In this document: one piece after another, positions 62,411 through 64,000 of the stretch
Layout of the letters: the number at the start of each line of letters is the position of its first letter
Numbering within the stretch: position 1 is the stretch's first letter
DNA from: Phoronis australis
Taxonomy: Eukaryota > Animalia > Phoronida
Direction of reading: 5' to 3'
Assembly: GCA_002633005.1 (NCBI GenBank)
Contig: NMRA01000015.1
Coordinates: 1,237,277-1,301,276, forward strand
Length of the DNA: 64,000 bases
Notes under the pieces: generated by a model
What the model was told of the DNA's origin: nothing
Database searches by the model: none
The model's input: the letters and a program-made list of their open reading frames with translations, nothing else
Translations under genes and position numbers: made by a program

Positions 62411-64000
62411 TTCCTGCGACTGACTCGACCCTAAAGTGAGAGTAATTCATTGACTACATTCACAGTATTGAGAACAATTTTTGTAAGTTTTATTTGTATT
62501 GTAGGATTTATTTGCCAACACGTACAAAGACAACCACTGTATGACTATAAGATTTTTCATTGAAATCATCTACTGGTTTAGGATTGGGTTTTGAAGAAAC
62601 TCATAGACGGATAGGGGGCGCCCAGGGGGCCTGCCCTGCCCCCCCCCCCCTTGGCTGAGGGGGGCTCAGATCCGATCACACGTGTCGCGGGACCTGTGCA
62701 AATGCCTTCTCGTTTTTTTGTCCACTGTTAGCTCTGTAGTACGAGGACCAAAAATTCGAGCCCCCTTGATTTTTCAGGCTGGGTTCTTGCATTCAATCGT
62801 AAAGCACAATTGCCCAAGACAAAATGTTGGGGCCCCTTTTATGGTATCCTAGATCCGCCTCTGTAATTTGGAGGTGCAGCCATGGAATCATTTCTATCCC
62901 ATGTACTAGGTCCAGTGCTCTAGTATTGCAAACCCAGTCCCAGGGCCTGGAAATTGAACATAACAGTGTCACGCAGGAAACTTATTTCTCGCAACTGATA
63001 TTGTGCACCTCCGAGTTGTACCTAATCTCCCAGAAGAGGAAACGTTAACAACCAAGCTCGACGAAGTCATGAACCACTAAGACTCGATTGCAGGTTTGGA
63101 AACATAACTCACAAGGATAGACACTAGCCTAGACCTACACGGATACGTCGACTTCGAATGACTCGGGATAGCGACAGAAATACAAGTAGTTGAGAGAACC
63201 GAGGTTCAGAACAAATTAATCTTCTTGTCACGACTAAGAATCAAGTTGTGATTTCCAAATGTTTGAACGTTCTGATTTCTTGTTTAGGTGACAAGAAGTC
63301 CCAAGACACTTAACTCAACTCGGTCGCTTGTGCTTGACATGTTTCTTTTCCGTCAGCTGGTTCGTGTGCATTATGGGTAATCTCTCCACTGGCAACCAAG
63401 CATAAATAATGAGAATTGGCTGAAGGTCTGCCCACTTTTTATCAATTTAAAAAAATTAATAGTAAAATAACGAGAGTATGTACATGGCTGTAATTTACGA
63501 AAAGTGTTAATTTTAGTGATATCTTTTGATTGGCAAAGCTAAATTTGTGATCTAAGCGTGTGAAAGTAAAGGAAATAGTGACTTTAAAGTCCTGCTCTCG
63601 GACTGCACATGTGGTTCCAGTCAATGAGCTATATACATAGAGATGACACGACAATACTCGCAAGCCAGACAGCGCGTGACACGCGGTCCGCCATATTGAT
63701 GATGGACGATTTGTAAACAAAAGCACGGTGGCCTTATGGAAGCCGGGCAATTTTTAGAATAAAATTTGAAATTTTGAATACTAAAGAGGTTTTAAAATGT
63801 TGGTAACATAAAGCAACGTAAATACGTGACCCTTGCGTTGCTTAAACGGTCATGATAAGGCCGAGAAAAAAATAATTTCCCAATTATTTGACCGTGAATA
63901 GCTGCCGTTATGCCCTGGGATCTCTTGCCAGTTTACGAATTGCAGCGCATATACTTTATAATAGTTTAAAAATACCTCGATGACTTTCATAATAGCCACA

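Overview
AT-rich (~38% GC by eye) animal genomic DNA, probably a marine invertebrate (inferred from its transposon content), from a draft assembly with Ns at 7198, 28156, 44074-44201 and 49177. Most short ORFs in the track are noise. Three host genes can be reconstructed by hand. (1) A USP16/USP45-family deubiquitinase on the minus strand: 14 coding exons with consistent phases from ATG 14119, running off the left edge. (2) A 3-exon Myb/SANT-like (MSANTD, Harbinger-type) gene on the plus strand: 18372-18663, 18877-18946, 48116-48518, about 254 aa. (3) An intronless 931-aa LRR-Ig-TM receptor (36809-39604, minus) nested antisense in the 29-kb second intron of gene 2. The rest is a dense transposon landscape. 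It includes Helentron-associated (HINE/DINE-like) elements with internal tandem arrays, a Penelope-like retroelement with an inverted end carrying a decayed hammerhead ribozyme, and an L1/Tx1 fragment. There are also two Kolobok-like remnants carrying P2X7-ballast-like (KolX-type) Cys-rich genes, an Academ-like transposase fragment, and several CA...TG-terminated elements that all make 5-bp target-site duplications, one with perfect 137-bp TIRs. Two duplications sit on single-N joins and are probably the two haplotypes assembled in tandem. No rRNA, tRNA or CRISPR array was found. All family assignments come from motif recognition by eye, not database searches.
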